Shown: one piece after another, positions 38,806-50,500 of the stretch
Layout of the letters: every line of letters begins with the position of its first letter
Position numbering within the stretch: position 1 is the first letter of the stretch
Assembly (NCBI RefSeq): GCF_018350175.1
Contig: NC_058368.1
Span: 187,240,001 to 187,304,000, forward strand
DNA length: 64,000 nucleotides
Origin: Felis catus
Lineage: Eukaryota
Direction: 5' to 3'
Position numbers and translations under genes: made by a program
Notes under the pieces: generated by a model
Told to the model about the DNA's origin: nothing
Database searches by the model: none
Seen by the model: only the letters and a program-made list of their open reading frames with translations

Positions 38806-39191
38806 ATGGGAAAGGAAGTCAAAAGAAGGCAGAAAAGGAAAGAAGACAAGAAACGCATAGTAATCTCCAATCTGCCCTTTGAAGTATGGTCCTACAAGGA
38901 GAATCCCAACAGGCATTATTGTGGGAATCAAATTAAGACCAGCAAGTACACCGTGTTGTCCTTCATACCCAAGAACATCTTTGAACAGCTACACCGGTTT
39001 GCCAATCTCTATTTTCTGGGCATTGTGGGTCTGAATTTTGTTCCCGTGGCCAATGCTTTCCAGCCTGAGGTAGGTGTGATACCAATCTGTATCATCCTGG
39101 CGGTCACTGCTATAAAGGATGCTTGGGAAGACCTCCGAAGATGCAAATCTGATAAAGTGATCAATAACCAAGAATGTCTCATCTATAGCAG
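38806..39191 (+). CDS. ATP10B: ATP10B alternative N-terminal coding exon (single exon encoding tail + TM1 + TM2; ATP10A-like)
   Basis: Strong Kozak GAGATGG; in-frame TGA just upstream (38797-38799); 128 open codons + 2 nt (MGKEVKRRQKRK...GNQIKTSKYTVLSFIPKNIFEQLHRFANLYF...LNFVPVANAFQPE...KDAWEDLRR...LIYS-R); donor CAG|gtaaag in phase 2, compatible with the exon at 55219. Confidence 0.88.
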
Positions 39192-41916
39192 GTAAAGCAA
39201 AACTCATTGGGGAAGTCTGGTGGGTCCAGAAGATCTTTCTGTGCCTGCTGCCATTGCTGCTACTTTTTATAGAGGGGATACTGTAGGGAGATAGCATCAT
39301 TTTGTCTCAGTGAAGCTGTTTAATTCTCCAATGTCAGAATTATTACCTAAAACCAAAAACTACATAGAAAAAAGGGTTGAGCCCATGTTTATTAAAATTA
39401 GGAGGTCTTTATTATTTGGTGTTTTCTTTGCTATTTAAAATGTGTTTAGCATTTAAGAATTTTGCATAAATTCTCCTCCATTCCTAGTCCAGTGTATGAG
39501 CACACTGGAGCATATTTAGAGACCGTTGGTGGGAAGAGACATCACTGTTTTTCAGGGGAGCAGTAGAGCATTGTATTAGATGAACTGGAGACACACTGCC
39601 TGGGTCGAATCATTTATTAACTACATGACTTTAGGCAGGTTACCCAACCTCTCTGAGCCTGGTTTTGTCATCTGTAAAACTGAAACCTCTCCTGGGGTGC
39701 TCGTGAGAATTGCATCCTTGGAAGGTGCTTAGCACTGTGCCTGATATATAGTAAATGCTCAATGTGCAAGCTACAATTGCTCTATTTTTATAATGTAAAA
39801 CTCACAGTAGCGCCATCATCAAGGTTTTCTTTATAATTCCTCTCTGACGTCCCAACAAAAGCAAAAACTGCACACCACCCATCTTGCCACATTATTTAAA
39901 ATTATTTTATACATGCTGTCACTTTACAAAGGTTCCATTGAGCATTTGGCAAAACAGGGTTGTTAGGGAAAGGATATGATCTTGGTCAGTCATATCTATA
40001 TTCTTCTCCAGTGAAAGAAAGGAAGATAAGAGTTATTATAGGTCTCAATTTTATGACTGCACATATAGCCAAGATAGAAGCAAGAGAGTCAAGTCTGGGC
40101 TAAGAGAGAGACTTCCATGACTGAGTGCTTTGTGGGCTAGCCTTTGATGATTGAGTCACTAGCAGGTGAGGGTTTGACTTCTTGGCAGATAAGGAAAATG
40201 TCCATCTCTCTCTCGACGAGCACCATTCCTGTCTGACTTTTTCCCTCTGACTTTATCAGCCCTAATTGGCAGAAATTCTCCAGTCGCTCTGGTCCCTCTT
40301 AAGATGAAAGGGGCTGGCTTCAGGGTGTGCACTGTAGCCATTTAGGGGCTTCTTTCTAAAGAGGGGTTCTCTTCCCCAGGGGAATGGCAGGTAACCGACT
40401 TGTAGCTGGCTGATGAGAGGATTTAATGGGAGACTATCGAATGCAAGGGACTCATTTGTCTTCAGGGCACCTCTACGAAAATCTTCATGTCTCCCCTCAG
40501 CATCAGATGCGCTTCTGGCCTCTTTGCTGGCAGGGCCACAACTGCACGTCTAAAAAAGTTAATCTGAAGGGTGTGTGTGTTTTCTAATTGTCTTGAATGT
40601 TGTTAGCACACTGAACATCTAGAGAAGGAATATAATTGGCAGGCTGCCTTTTTTCAAAGAGACTGTCACCAACCCACACCTTCACTTTTTGTTTGCTGCC
40701 TTTCTTTTTCCTTAGTTTTTTTTTTTTTTTTTTCTCAGAGAAGATACACAGTGGTGAGCCAGGAAGCTGATTCCTTAGGGAAGAATGAGTGTGGACCTCA
40801 ATTAGCCTGATCCTATTCTCCCTGCTCTGCCAGAAATCCTCTGCCCTAAGCCTCCTAGAATCACAGGCCTGTTCTTGGGGATAATCTCAGTGTTTATCAG
40901 ACCTTAGACTGACCTGTGCTGAGAACTGGTTTGATGTATGCCAGGCTGTTGTTCTGTTCTCAAAATAGCTTCCAGGAAACAGTGAAAAACCAAGGTGGCA
41001 GCAATCCTAGCAAAAAGAAGCCTTAGTTCATAGGTTCACTGGCAGGGAGGGACATAAGAGGTTTTATAATAGCAATATTTCCTGAAGTGTATTCAGTGGA
41101 ATAATAATGACTAAGAGGTGGTCTCCGAAAAAAAAGACACTCATGATCAAAAAATTATACATTAGCCCTCCTAACCCATGTTCCATGGGGGAACTAAGAT
41201 ACGCAGTAAAGATATCTGTCCATCCTTAATTCAGTGTTGTTCCAAACTTACTAAACCTTGGAAATTTGGGGAATTTTACTTTCTTCAGTATAGCAAAATA
41301 ATTGACTAGAGGGTCAGGCAGGTAATTGAATGAAATAAACTAAATACAAAGAGGGGAGCAATGTTGTCTGTGTGCTGATAAATGGGGACGGATACTCAGC
41401 ATCAGTGTTAGATTAAGACAGGGAACGGTAGGCATTGTAGCAAATAAGGGGACCCAGGCCCTCACATCAGAAGGCAGAGCTAGCCACCATGTGCAAATAT
41501 AGACCTAGTGTTGCCACATTGTCTGAATTTTGTTAAAGGAGCTAGAAGTTCATGTTTTTATTTGAAATAACCTGGCATTTAAGAGAAATAACCTAATATA
41601 TTTTTTTCAATTATTTCACACCTATTTTGTTTGACCTAAAGTTCTTATTTTGCCTGTGAGCCCCAAATTTGCAGACTTTGCTTTATAATCAAGTCCTAGG
41701 AATCTGGATCTCTGCAAAAGAATGATTAGATTCTTCTTTTGAGATTCATCTTCAGTGAGGGAACCACTTAACCTCTTAGGGCAGAGATGGGGTATGACTT
41801 TGAAGTAAGAATGCAGGCCTCATACTCAGAAGGCCTAAACTTTAAGCCCAGACCTGTGACTGACTACTAACAACAGCTTAGAAAGTCATTTAAATCCTGC
41901 ATCTCAGTTTCCACTT

Positions 41917-42122
41917 CCTAAAAAAATTTGTTTAATGTTTATTTATTTTTGAGAAAGAGTGCAAACAGGGGAGAGGCAAAGAGAGACACACAGAATCCAA
42001 AGCAGACTCCAGGCTCTGAGCTGTCAGCACAGAGCCCGACGTGGGGCTCAAACTCATGGACTGCAAGATCATGACCTGAGCCAAAGTCAGGCACTTAACC
42101 AAGTGAGCCACCCAGTTGCCCC
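41917..42122 (-). mobile_element. CanSINE inserted into a MIR
   Basis: 15-bp TSD tctcagtttccactt at 41902-41916 and 42123-42137. Confidence 0.93.
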
Positions 42123-43214
42123 TCTCAGTTTCCACTTTGTAAAACCTGGGAGTCAGATTAGATCTTGTCCTGTGAAATATGCTAGAAAGAACAGAATCCA
42201 CAACCAAATAAATTTGGGAAATAGGACATACTTGATCCTACCAGGACCCTCAGTAAGTAACCTATCCAATTTTGTGTAACTCAGTTGTGTCCTCTGAAAT
42301 ACTCTCTGTTGTAAGCAGCAGAAACCTCAACTCAAATTTAAACAACAAAGGGACTTGTTGGTTTTTAAGTCACTACAAATATTCTGAGATGAGCAAGTGA
42401 TCAGGCATGAATCTGCATTCTAGATCTCGCACTTGGCTGTCATTTCATTCAGTCCTCTCTGCATCATTTTTACCCTCAGGCATACTTTCCTCATGGCAGT
42501 GAGATGGCTGCAACAGCCTTCACGTCTATATGTGGTAACTCACAAAGGGAGAAAGAAAGGCACTTGTGGGATCATTCTTAGAAGGTCAAGGAAGCTTACT
42601 TTCCAGATCCTCCTCACACCTCAGTGACCCCAGTGACTCACATGTCCATCCCTGAACCACTCCTGTGAGTAGGGATTATGCTTATTGAATTTTACCTGAA
42701 CCACAGAGTTCATCACAAAGTCAGCTTTCCTGAAAGCATATGTGCCACCCAGAGAAGATGTAAAACCCAAATGGAAAAAAATAAGATAGTTTCTAAGTGA
42801 AAGGGGAATAGATATTGGAGATGCCACCTTTATGTACTCATCTTAAAATATTTTTGAGCCTAGACTCTTTGTAAATTGCTTTCCACATATTAGGAACATA
42901 CACACTTGGCATCATTCTGTACTATAGATCAGTGAAGCTCTTCCAACTCTGAAGTGGATTGATTCTATAAAATATTCCAGAATAGGAAGCCAGGAAATGC
43001 TAGATAAGTGTTAGTTATTATCTTAACTGATGGATGCTGAAGGACATTTTCTTTTGCCAAATATCAATGACACATGATAGGATGTTAGGCAAATGATACA
43101 AGATCTGAAAGGACAATTCGTTTGTTCAGGACAAGATAAAAGCTTCTCCCTCAAGCACTAGCTGTATCCATTTTGTCTCAGAATCATACATTTGAGAAAT
43201 GATATCTTTGTAGC

Positions 43215-43253
43215 GGGTGGGGGTGGGGGGAAGGGGGGGAGGTAGGGGGGAGG
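43215..43253 (+). other. G-quadruplex-forming G-rich tract
   Basis: Five runs of >=3 G with 1-5 nt loops. Confidence 0.6.
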
Positions 43254-46200
43254 ATTTGCATACGCTTGTATGTAATTGAATACTAGGGCCCTTAGAATGT
43301 TGCTTAACCCAGTCCCATGCATCATACAGTCCAGACTTTTTTATACTGTGAAAGAGTCCTTTTGCAAACAGCAGAAGTCTTGTTAACAGAATTACAATCC
43401 TTTTAGAGCATTTTCTTTTAATATAGCAACTGTGCTTGTGGTCTAAAGGTGACCCATTAATCAGATTTATGGAATGACTTTAAGAAGAGATTAGCTTCAG
43501 AATTGTATTAGCTTAGTTTCTCCCAGGGCTCAGTTTAATAAATCTGGGAACCATACCCAGCAAGAGATTTCTATCCTTCCATTCAGCTTAGTAAATTTTT
43601 ATTTGTATTCAGAAAACATGTGGTAAGGAAGCAGGGGTGTGAACAGAGGAGATCCATGATGGGCTTTGTCTCCATACTGCAATGAAACAAAAGCCCTCCA
43701 GGGTCTCAGCAGCTGAGCAGTCATTTGGTCCCAAATATTCACCCGGATCTGGTGTGTGTGCACCACATGGTAGGCCCTGAGTGCCCTCCAGGGGCTCTCA
43801 GTCCAGTGATCACAAGGAACTTGTAAACAGCCACGGTGTCCCATGCCTCTGTACAAAGGGCTATAGTCATTAAGGGGATGAGGTGACTCATCTACCTGCA
43901 GAAAATATCAAGGCCAAGGGAAACCTTCCCCAAAGAGGTGACATTTCCAGAGGCATCAAAAGGTGAGTAGCATTAAACAGGCAGAGGAAACACAATTTTA
44001 GCTCACAGCCTCTTCATGTGTCAGCTAAAGGTTGTATGTGTGGCTTATGCTGGTATCAAAAAGACTAGAATCAAGAAATGTCAGAAACTTAGAAGAATGA
44101 CTCCGATTAGAAAGTTTAAAATTCTGGCTCTTTGATTAATACTTGGAGATTCTCTTTTCTGGAAGCCAGGTGGCTTCTATAACAGAAAAATAATTCCAGA
44201 TGATACAGGAGAGTGGCCAGTCTTCAGACAGCCTAGCACTGAGGGTCTGATTTCCCAGTAGTAGCCAGCGCTGGTGGGAAGAAAGAAGCCTGGCCTGTAG
44301 CCTGTTTTTATTTGTATGTCAGTTGCCTTTCATGACAGAGCCCACATTATTGGAAAGCTGAGAACGAGGAAACCAGAAGTCTTGGTCCTGGGTCTGCCAC
44401 AATTAACTGTATGATGTCAGTGAAGTCACTTAAGTGGTTGGGGCCCCATTTGTCTCATCTTTAAATAGTGATCATAATCTCTATGGTATATTTTGCAAAA
44501 AGACGTGCAGTTGATGAGCAAGAGTGCTTGAAAATAACAGAGCTATAGAAATAAACTATACAATGCAGTACCAAAGGAGGGTGAAAAATGAGCCTCAACA
44601 ATGGTGTTTAAAATGTGACATCTTACTAGGTGCTTAGCTTCAAGGACTTTGGCATCAGACTTAGGATTGTCCCAGAACTGCCACTTACTAAAGCTGTGAA
44701 TATATGTAGTCAGTGGATCACTTGAGACTTCATTTCAACATCTCTAAAGTGGGAACAATACTAGCACCTATTTCCTGGAGTCCTGTGGATTGAATGAGAT
44801 CATCTTTATAAACCTGTTTAAGTCTGCCTCTGTACCATAAGTAGCACTAAGCAATCTTTTTTTAATTTCCAGTGACTTCAACTCTAATTTTTTCAGTGCC
44901 AGGCCCAGCCTCAGTTTTGAACTTTCATACCATACTCCCCACACATACAAGGGAGTAATCACTCATATTATTAGTAAAAATCAAGGATTCTTGAGCTGCA
45001 TTTATCAGTGGGCAGAGTTACAATGTTTTCAGAGCAAAAACCTATTCTGTGCTCCCTCATAAAATTCTGTGTGGCAGAATTTTAAACCTGAAATCAAGAA
45101 ACCCCTCTGGAGCCTGGCCATCTTTCCCCCTCCTCCTGTTCTACAGCACACCTGAGCACACCTATACCAACATTTACACTCAGGCAAGGGATCTAGATGG
45201 CCCCAACCAGCCCAGAGCCTAGGGCACTTTGGCCAATGCAACTTCTAACACAGAGTGTGCTTGAGAATATCACACTTGTGTGGATATTAATAAAGCAGGT
45301 ATTTGGGCCCAATTTCACTATTATTTCCTCTGGGTAACAGCTCTTTGGGAAACCCAAAGGAGATGAGATGATTGATAAGACAGAATTCAGGCTTTGCCAG
45401 GGTTATTCTAACATCAAGACATATAAACACGCTTTCATCCTAAAACTACCTCCCGGGGTTGTTGTGGGTACTAAATGAGACAATGCATGTAAAATGCTTA
45501 GCATAGTGCCTGGCATTCAGAAAATGTTAGCTAAAATATTGCTAAAGAGAGTTCTATAACCTTGCTACCCAGGAGTTGCCATGAACTGGACCCAAGAGGA
45601 TTAAGGAAGAAATGCCATTGCCTAGCATTTGAAACTACATGAGAGAAGACAAACTCTTTAGCTAAAGAACTTGAATTCCAGGCTTTTAATAACATAGCAA
45701 AATGGGCCTGAGGGAAGAATCTGAAAAACGCAGACAACAGAGAAACATCTAGTGTCATATGAAGCATGACCATGAAAAGCACCACTGGCTGGAGTTTACA
45801 GAGCAGCAGACCATTTCTTTCATTGCACACATCTTTGCTTCACATGTGGCATCAGCAAATGAGGCTCTGCTCTGAAGCATCAATTTTACAAGTGCCCACC
45901 CTATCCCCACTGCCTGTCCTGTGCTCACAGAAGGCCATAAACTATTTGGGCCAATTCATTTGTCATTTCAGTATAGAATGCATTAGGTCTTCTCCAAAAC
46001 TCAATGGATGGAAAAGTCATAAAACGAGAATTCAGGTGTCCCTGAAGCTCTGCCCTCATGTCAACAGGCATGATTTATATTTATATTTTGGCAGGTGAGG
46101 ATTTAAAGCTTCTGTTAAGGAGCTCACAATTCCAAAAGGTAAGGCTCCAATTTTCAACCCAGCTTCACTTGTTTATGTCACTAGCTTCTGAGGCTTCATC

Positions 46201-46435
46201 TGCCTTGTACCTCACTCCCATACAAAACCAAGGGTCCACAGTAAGCCATGAAGCTCCTATGGCTGTCACTTGTATGTCCTTGTAGACATACCTATGTGAC
46301 CTCACCCAAGTTAGGTAACCTTTCTGGGCCTGCTTTCTCATCTATGAAATGGAGATAATGATAACAAAAGTTGTCTCATTATTAGGCAGCTAAATAAGTA
46401 ATGTAGGTTAAGTGCCTGGCCCAAGACAGATAAGC

Positions 46436-46505
46436 GTATTGTATTGTATTGTATTGTATTGTATTGTATTGTATTGTATTGTATTGTATTGTATCGTATT
46501 GTATA
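46436..46505. repeat. (GTATT)n pentanucleotide microsatellite
   Basis: Direct reading; sits at the end of a MIR remnant. Confidence 0.95.
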
Positions 46506-47113
46506 TTATCAGAAGTCTCCCTGCTGAGTCCATAACAAAAACAAATTGGATGTTAAAATGGCTAAAGGTTAGGAAAAGTTTCCCTTCTACTGCTTCATGT
46601 TCAAGACAGATCTACACAGAATCAGTTACTGAATATTTACTGAACACTTCCCCATATGCTAGACACTCCACCAGACCCTATGAAGGAACAGAAATATAAG
46701 GCCCAGGGTCATCCTAGCTCTCCACAAGCTTATTAGATTGTTGAAAATAAGAGATACATGAAACAGCAAATAGGGCCATAATGTGTCAGGAAATGGGACA
46801 AAGAAAAGTGCACCACTGACACTCACTGCCCAGAAGTGAAAGTGAAAGGTAGTGTTTGGATCTGCAGAGGCTCAAGGTAACATTTGGGGTAACATCTCAT
46901 GCCTTTGATGCCCCCAGGCTGTTTCCCCATAACCTGTGAATGTGATCTTGATGGAGTGCACCTGTGAATCTCCTGTCCCCTAAGCAGGGTGTTTCCATGG
47001 CCATCACTGTTTGTGCCATTCGGTGCTCATTTCTGCTTTCTGCATGTGACAAAGTGCACAAAGAGGTTAGAGAGTAGGCTGCTCCTTGGAGCTTCAATAA
47101 AGATGGGGCTCTT

Positions 47114-47327
47114 GGAGTGCCTGGGTGACTCAGTTGGTTAAGCGGCCAACTTCAGCTAAGGTCATGATCTCGCAGTTGGTGAGTTCTAGCCCCGCGTTGG
47201 GCTCTGTGCAGACAGCTCAGAGCCTGGAGCCTACTTCGGATTCTGTGTCTCCCTCTCTCTCTACCCTTCCCCTGCTCATGTTCTGTCTTTCTGTCTCTCA
47301 AAAGTAAATAAACATTTTTAAAAAACT
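47114..47327 (+). mobile_element. CanSINE
   Basis: Near-TSD taaagatggggctct / taaagctggggctct. Confidence 0.93.
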
Positions 47328-47813
47328 TAAAGCTGGGGCTCTCAGTATAAAGAAGGACTTTAACAGCAGATATGACCTGTTGTGTTAGGCCTCATTGGCC
47401 TCTAGGTGAGGTCATATTAATACAAATACTCCAGTGATAGTTAGACCCAAATTGTTGATTTGAGATGTGTCCTCCCACCCTAATTTCAAGCATCCCCAGA
47501 TATGCCTGGGCAAACTTACATATGGCGAATGTCACTGTGTCCACCAATATTTCCAGCCAAGCCAGAAATCAAGGTATCCTACCACTCCTCTGGCCTCCAT
47601 TGTCTCCTTCTGGTACTTTCCTCAATCTTGTGAGCCTGAAGGCCACTCACTGTGGTCTGTAGCTGACAGTTAGATACAGAGGACGAGGAATAGCCAGGCA
47701 GGGGGCACTCACTGCCCAGGTTCAGACTGTCTCTAACATAACTGCTTTAGCTTCTGTTCCACTTCCTGGGGCCAGGTCAAGGACAAAGGCCACACAACCT
47801 GTTGTCCCTTTTC

Positions 47814-48021
47814 TTTTCTTTTTTTTTTTTTTAATTTTTTTAATGTTTATTTTTGAGGGGTGGGGCAGGGACAGAAGGAGAGAGAGACACAAAATCTGAA
47901 GCAGGCTTCAGGCTCTGAGCTGTCAGTACAGAGTCCAATACGGCGCTTTAACCCATAAAGTATGAGATCATGACCTGAGCTGAAGTCGGACGCTTAACTG
48001 ACTGAGCCACCCAGGCACCCC
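47814..48021 (-). mobile_element. CanSINE
   Basis: TSD tgttgtcccttttc on both sides; ends gagccacccaggcacccc. Confidence 0.93.
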
Positions 48022-48654
48022 TTTGTTGTCCCTTTTCAAGTCTTCTACACCCTCTTGCCAGATTCCTCCTCCAGCAAAACTAAAAACAAAATCCACAAAA
48101 AAACAAGCAAAAAAACTGCTTATGCATTTGACATCATAAAAATAGACAATTAACACTGTCTCCATAGCAGTGACCCTGTTTGCTCCAAGCTAATAATAAC
48201 TATAATGATAATAATAGCAGCAGTAAAGGCCATTTACTGTGCGGTCATTAGATACTTCTCACATATTATTTTAGTTAGCTCTCACTATAACCTATAGAAT
48301 ATATTTTAGTTGTCCCACTTGATAGATGAATAAATTGAGTGTCAGATAGTTAAGCAGTGGGTTCAAGGCATCACCACATATAGGAGATAGTTCCAGGTTT
48401 CAAATCAAGTTCAACTGACTCCAAAGTTTTTAACCACTCTGTGGGACTGCCTCTACCTCAACATACCACTGGCAAAACAATTGGGTAGTACAAGTATTCC
48501 TGAGCCAGCCACAAGGCCCTTGGTTCTCTTTCTTGGCACTGTAGAAAGAGTAGAGATTCCAATGCAAGTTTCATCACTGTGTATGTTGACCAGGTCACTC
48601 AGCCTCCATTTCCTCAGCTGAGAATTAGAAATCCATCAAATCCCTTCAGCTCTG

Positions 48655-50500
48655 ATTTGTTTTATTTATTAAGACTTTATTTTTTTAGAGTAGTCTACTG
48701 TTGGTTCACAGCAAAATTAGGGGAAGGTACAGAGATTTCCCATTTACCCCTAGCCCCACTCATACATAGCCTTCCTCATTATCAACATCCCCCACCAGAG
48801 TGCTACATTTGTCACAACACATCATAATCACCCAAGATCTATAGTTTATGGCTCACTCTTGGTATTATATATTCTGTGCATTTGGACAAATGTATAGTAA
48901 CATGTATCCATCATTATAGTATCACACAGAATAGTTTTAATGTCTTAAAAATCCTCTGTGTTCTGCCTTTACACCTTCTCTGTCTCACCCCCACAACCCC
49001 TGGCGACCCCAAATGTTTTTATGCCTCCGTAGTTTTGCCTTTTCCACAATGTCATATTGTTGGAATCAAGCAGTATGTAGCCTTTTCTGATTGGCTTCTT
49101 TCACTTACTAACATGCATTTAAATTTCCTCCCTGTCTTTTTGTGGCTTGATATCTCACTTCTTTTTAGCATTGATTAATATTTCATTGTTTGGATATACC
49201 AGTTTGTCTATTCACCTACTGAAGGTCATCTTTCTTGCTTCCAAATTTTGGCAATGGTGAATAAAGCTTCTATAAATACCCACGTGAAGGTTTCTGTGTG
49301 GAAATAAGTTTTTTAACTCCTTTGGGTAAATACCAAGGAGCATGATTGCTGGACCATGTGGACAAAGTATATTTAGTTTTGTAAGAAACTGTTGAACTTT
49401 CTTCCAAAGTGGCTATCCCATCTTTCATTCCCACCAGCAGTGAATAAGGGTCCTTCTTGCTCCACATCCTTGCCAGAATTCAATGTTGTCAGTGTTCTGG
49501 ATTTGGGCTGTTCTAATAAGAGTATGGTGATATCTCATTTTAATGTGCATTTCTCTGATGGCATATGGATCTTTTCATATGTTTATTTGCCATCTGTATA
49601 TATATATTTGGTTAGGTGTCTGTTCAGCTCTTTTCTCATTTTTCAGTTGAGCTGTTTGTTTTCTTATTGTTGAGTTTTAAGTTATTTGTATATTTTGAAT
49701 TGCAGTCCCTTATCAGATGCGTCTTCTGTAAAATACATATTTTCTCCCAGTCTGTGGTTGTGTTCTCATTCTTTTTACCATGTCTTTTGCAGAGCAGAAG
49801 GTTTTAATTTTAATGAAGTCCAGTCTATCAATTATTTCTGTCATGGATAGCACCTTTGGTGTTGTATCTAAAAAGTCATCACCATAGACAAGGTCATCTG
49901 GATTTTCTCCTCTGTTAACTTTTAAAACTCTTATAGTTTTTAATTTTTCAGTTAGGTCTATGATTCATTTTGAGTTAATTTGGAAGATGGGTGTAAGTTC
50001 TGTGTCTAAATTTCTTTGTGGACATCCACTTCTAGAACCATTTGTTGAAAAACTATCTTTACTATATTGCCTTTGGTCTTTTGTCAGAGATTAGTTGAAT
50101 TTCTGTTATAAATAGATGAATAAATTGAGGGTCAATTTATAAATAGATGNNNNNNNNNNNNNNNNNNNNNNNNNNNNNNNNNNNNNNNNNNNNNNNNNNN
50201 NNNNNNNNNNNNNNNNNNNNNNNNNNNNNNNNNNNNNNNNNNNNNNNNNNNNNNNNNNNNNNNNNNNNNNNNNNNNNNNNNNNNNNNNNNNNNNNNNNNN
50301 NNNNNNNNNNNTGGCCATTGATCTGTTTATCTGTTCTTTCACCAGTACCACACTGTCTTGATTACTGTAGCTTGAAGTCTTGAAATGAGGTAGTAATCGT
50401 CCTCCAGTTTTGTTCTTCTCCTTCAATATTTTATCGGCTGTTCTGGGTCTTTTGCCTCTTTTATATAAACCTTAGAATCCAGTTGTCAACATCTGCAAAT
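48655..50500 (-). mobile_element. Old L1M (3'UTR and ORF2 3' part), spans assembly gap 50150-50311
   Basis: Antisense L1 motifs cattcccaccagcagtg, ttttaattttaatgaagtcca, ccagtaccacactgtcttgattactgtagct. Confidence 0.82.

Noticed and set aside
38806-38823. N-myristoylation of the alternative isoform (starts MG)
   Set aside because: MGKEVK lacks the usual Ser/Thr at position 6; no support.
38418-38870. 150-aa antisense ORF overlapping the alternative exon start
   Set aside because: No recognisable domain or splice structure; likely chance or a shadow of the sense frame.
38806-39195. Independent 129-aa gene or processed pseudogene of ATP10A
   Set aside because: The ORF's TAA lies within a canonical gtaaag donor at exactly the homologous phase-2 junction; no poly-A, TSD or disabling mutations. 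Better explained as an ATP10B exon.
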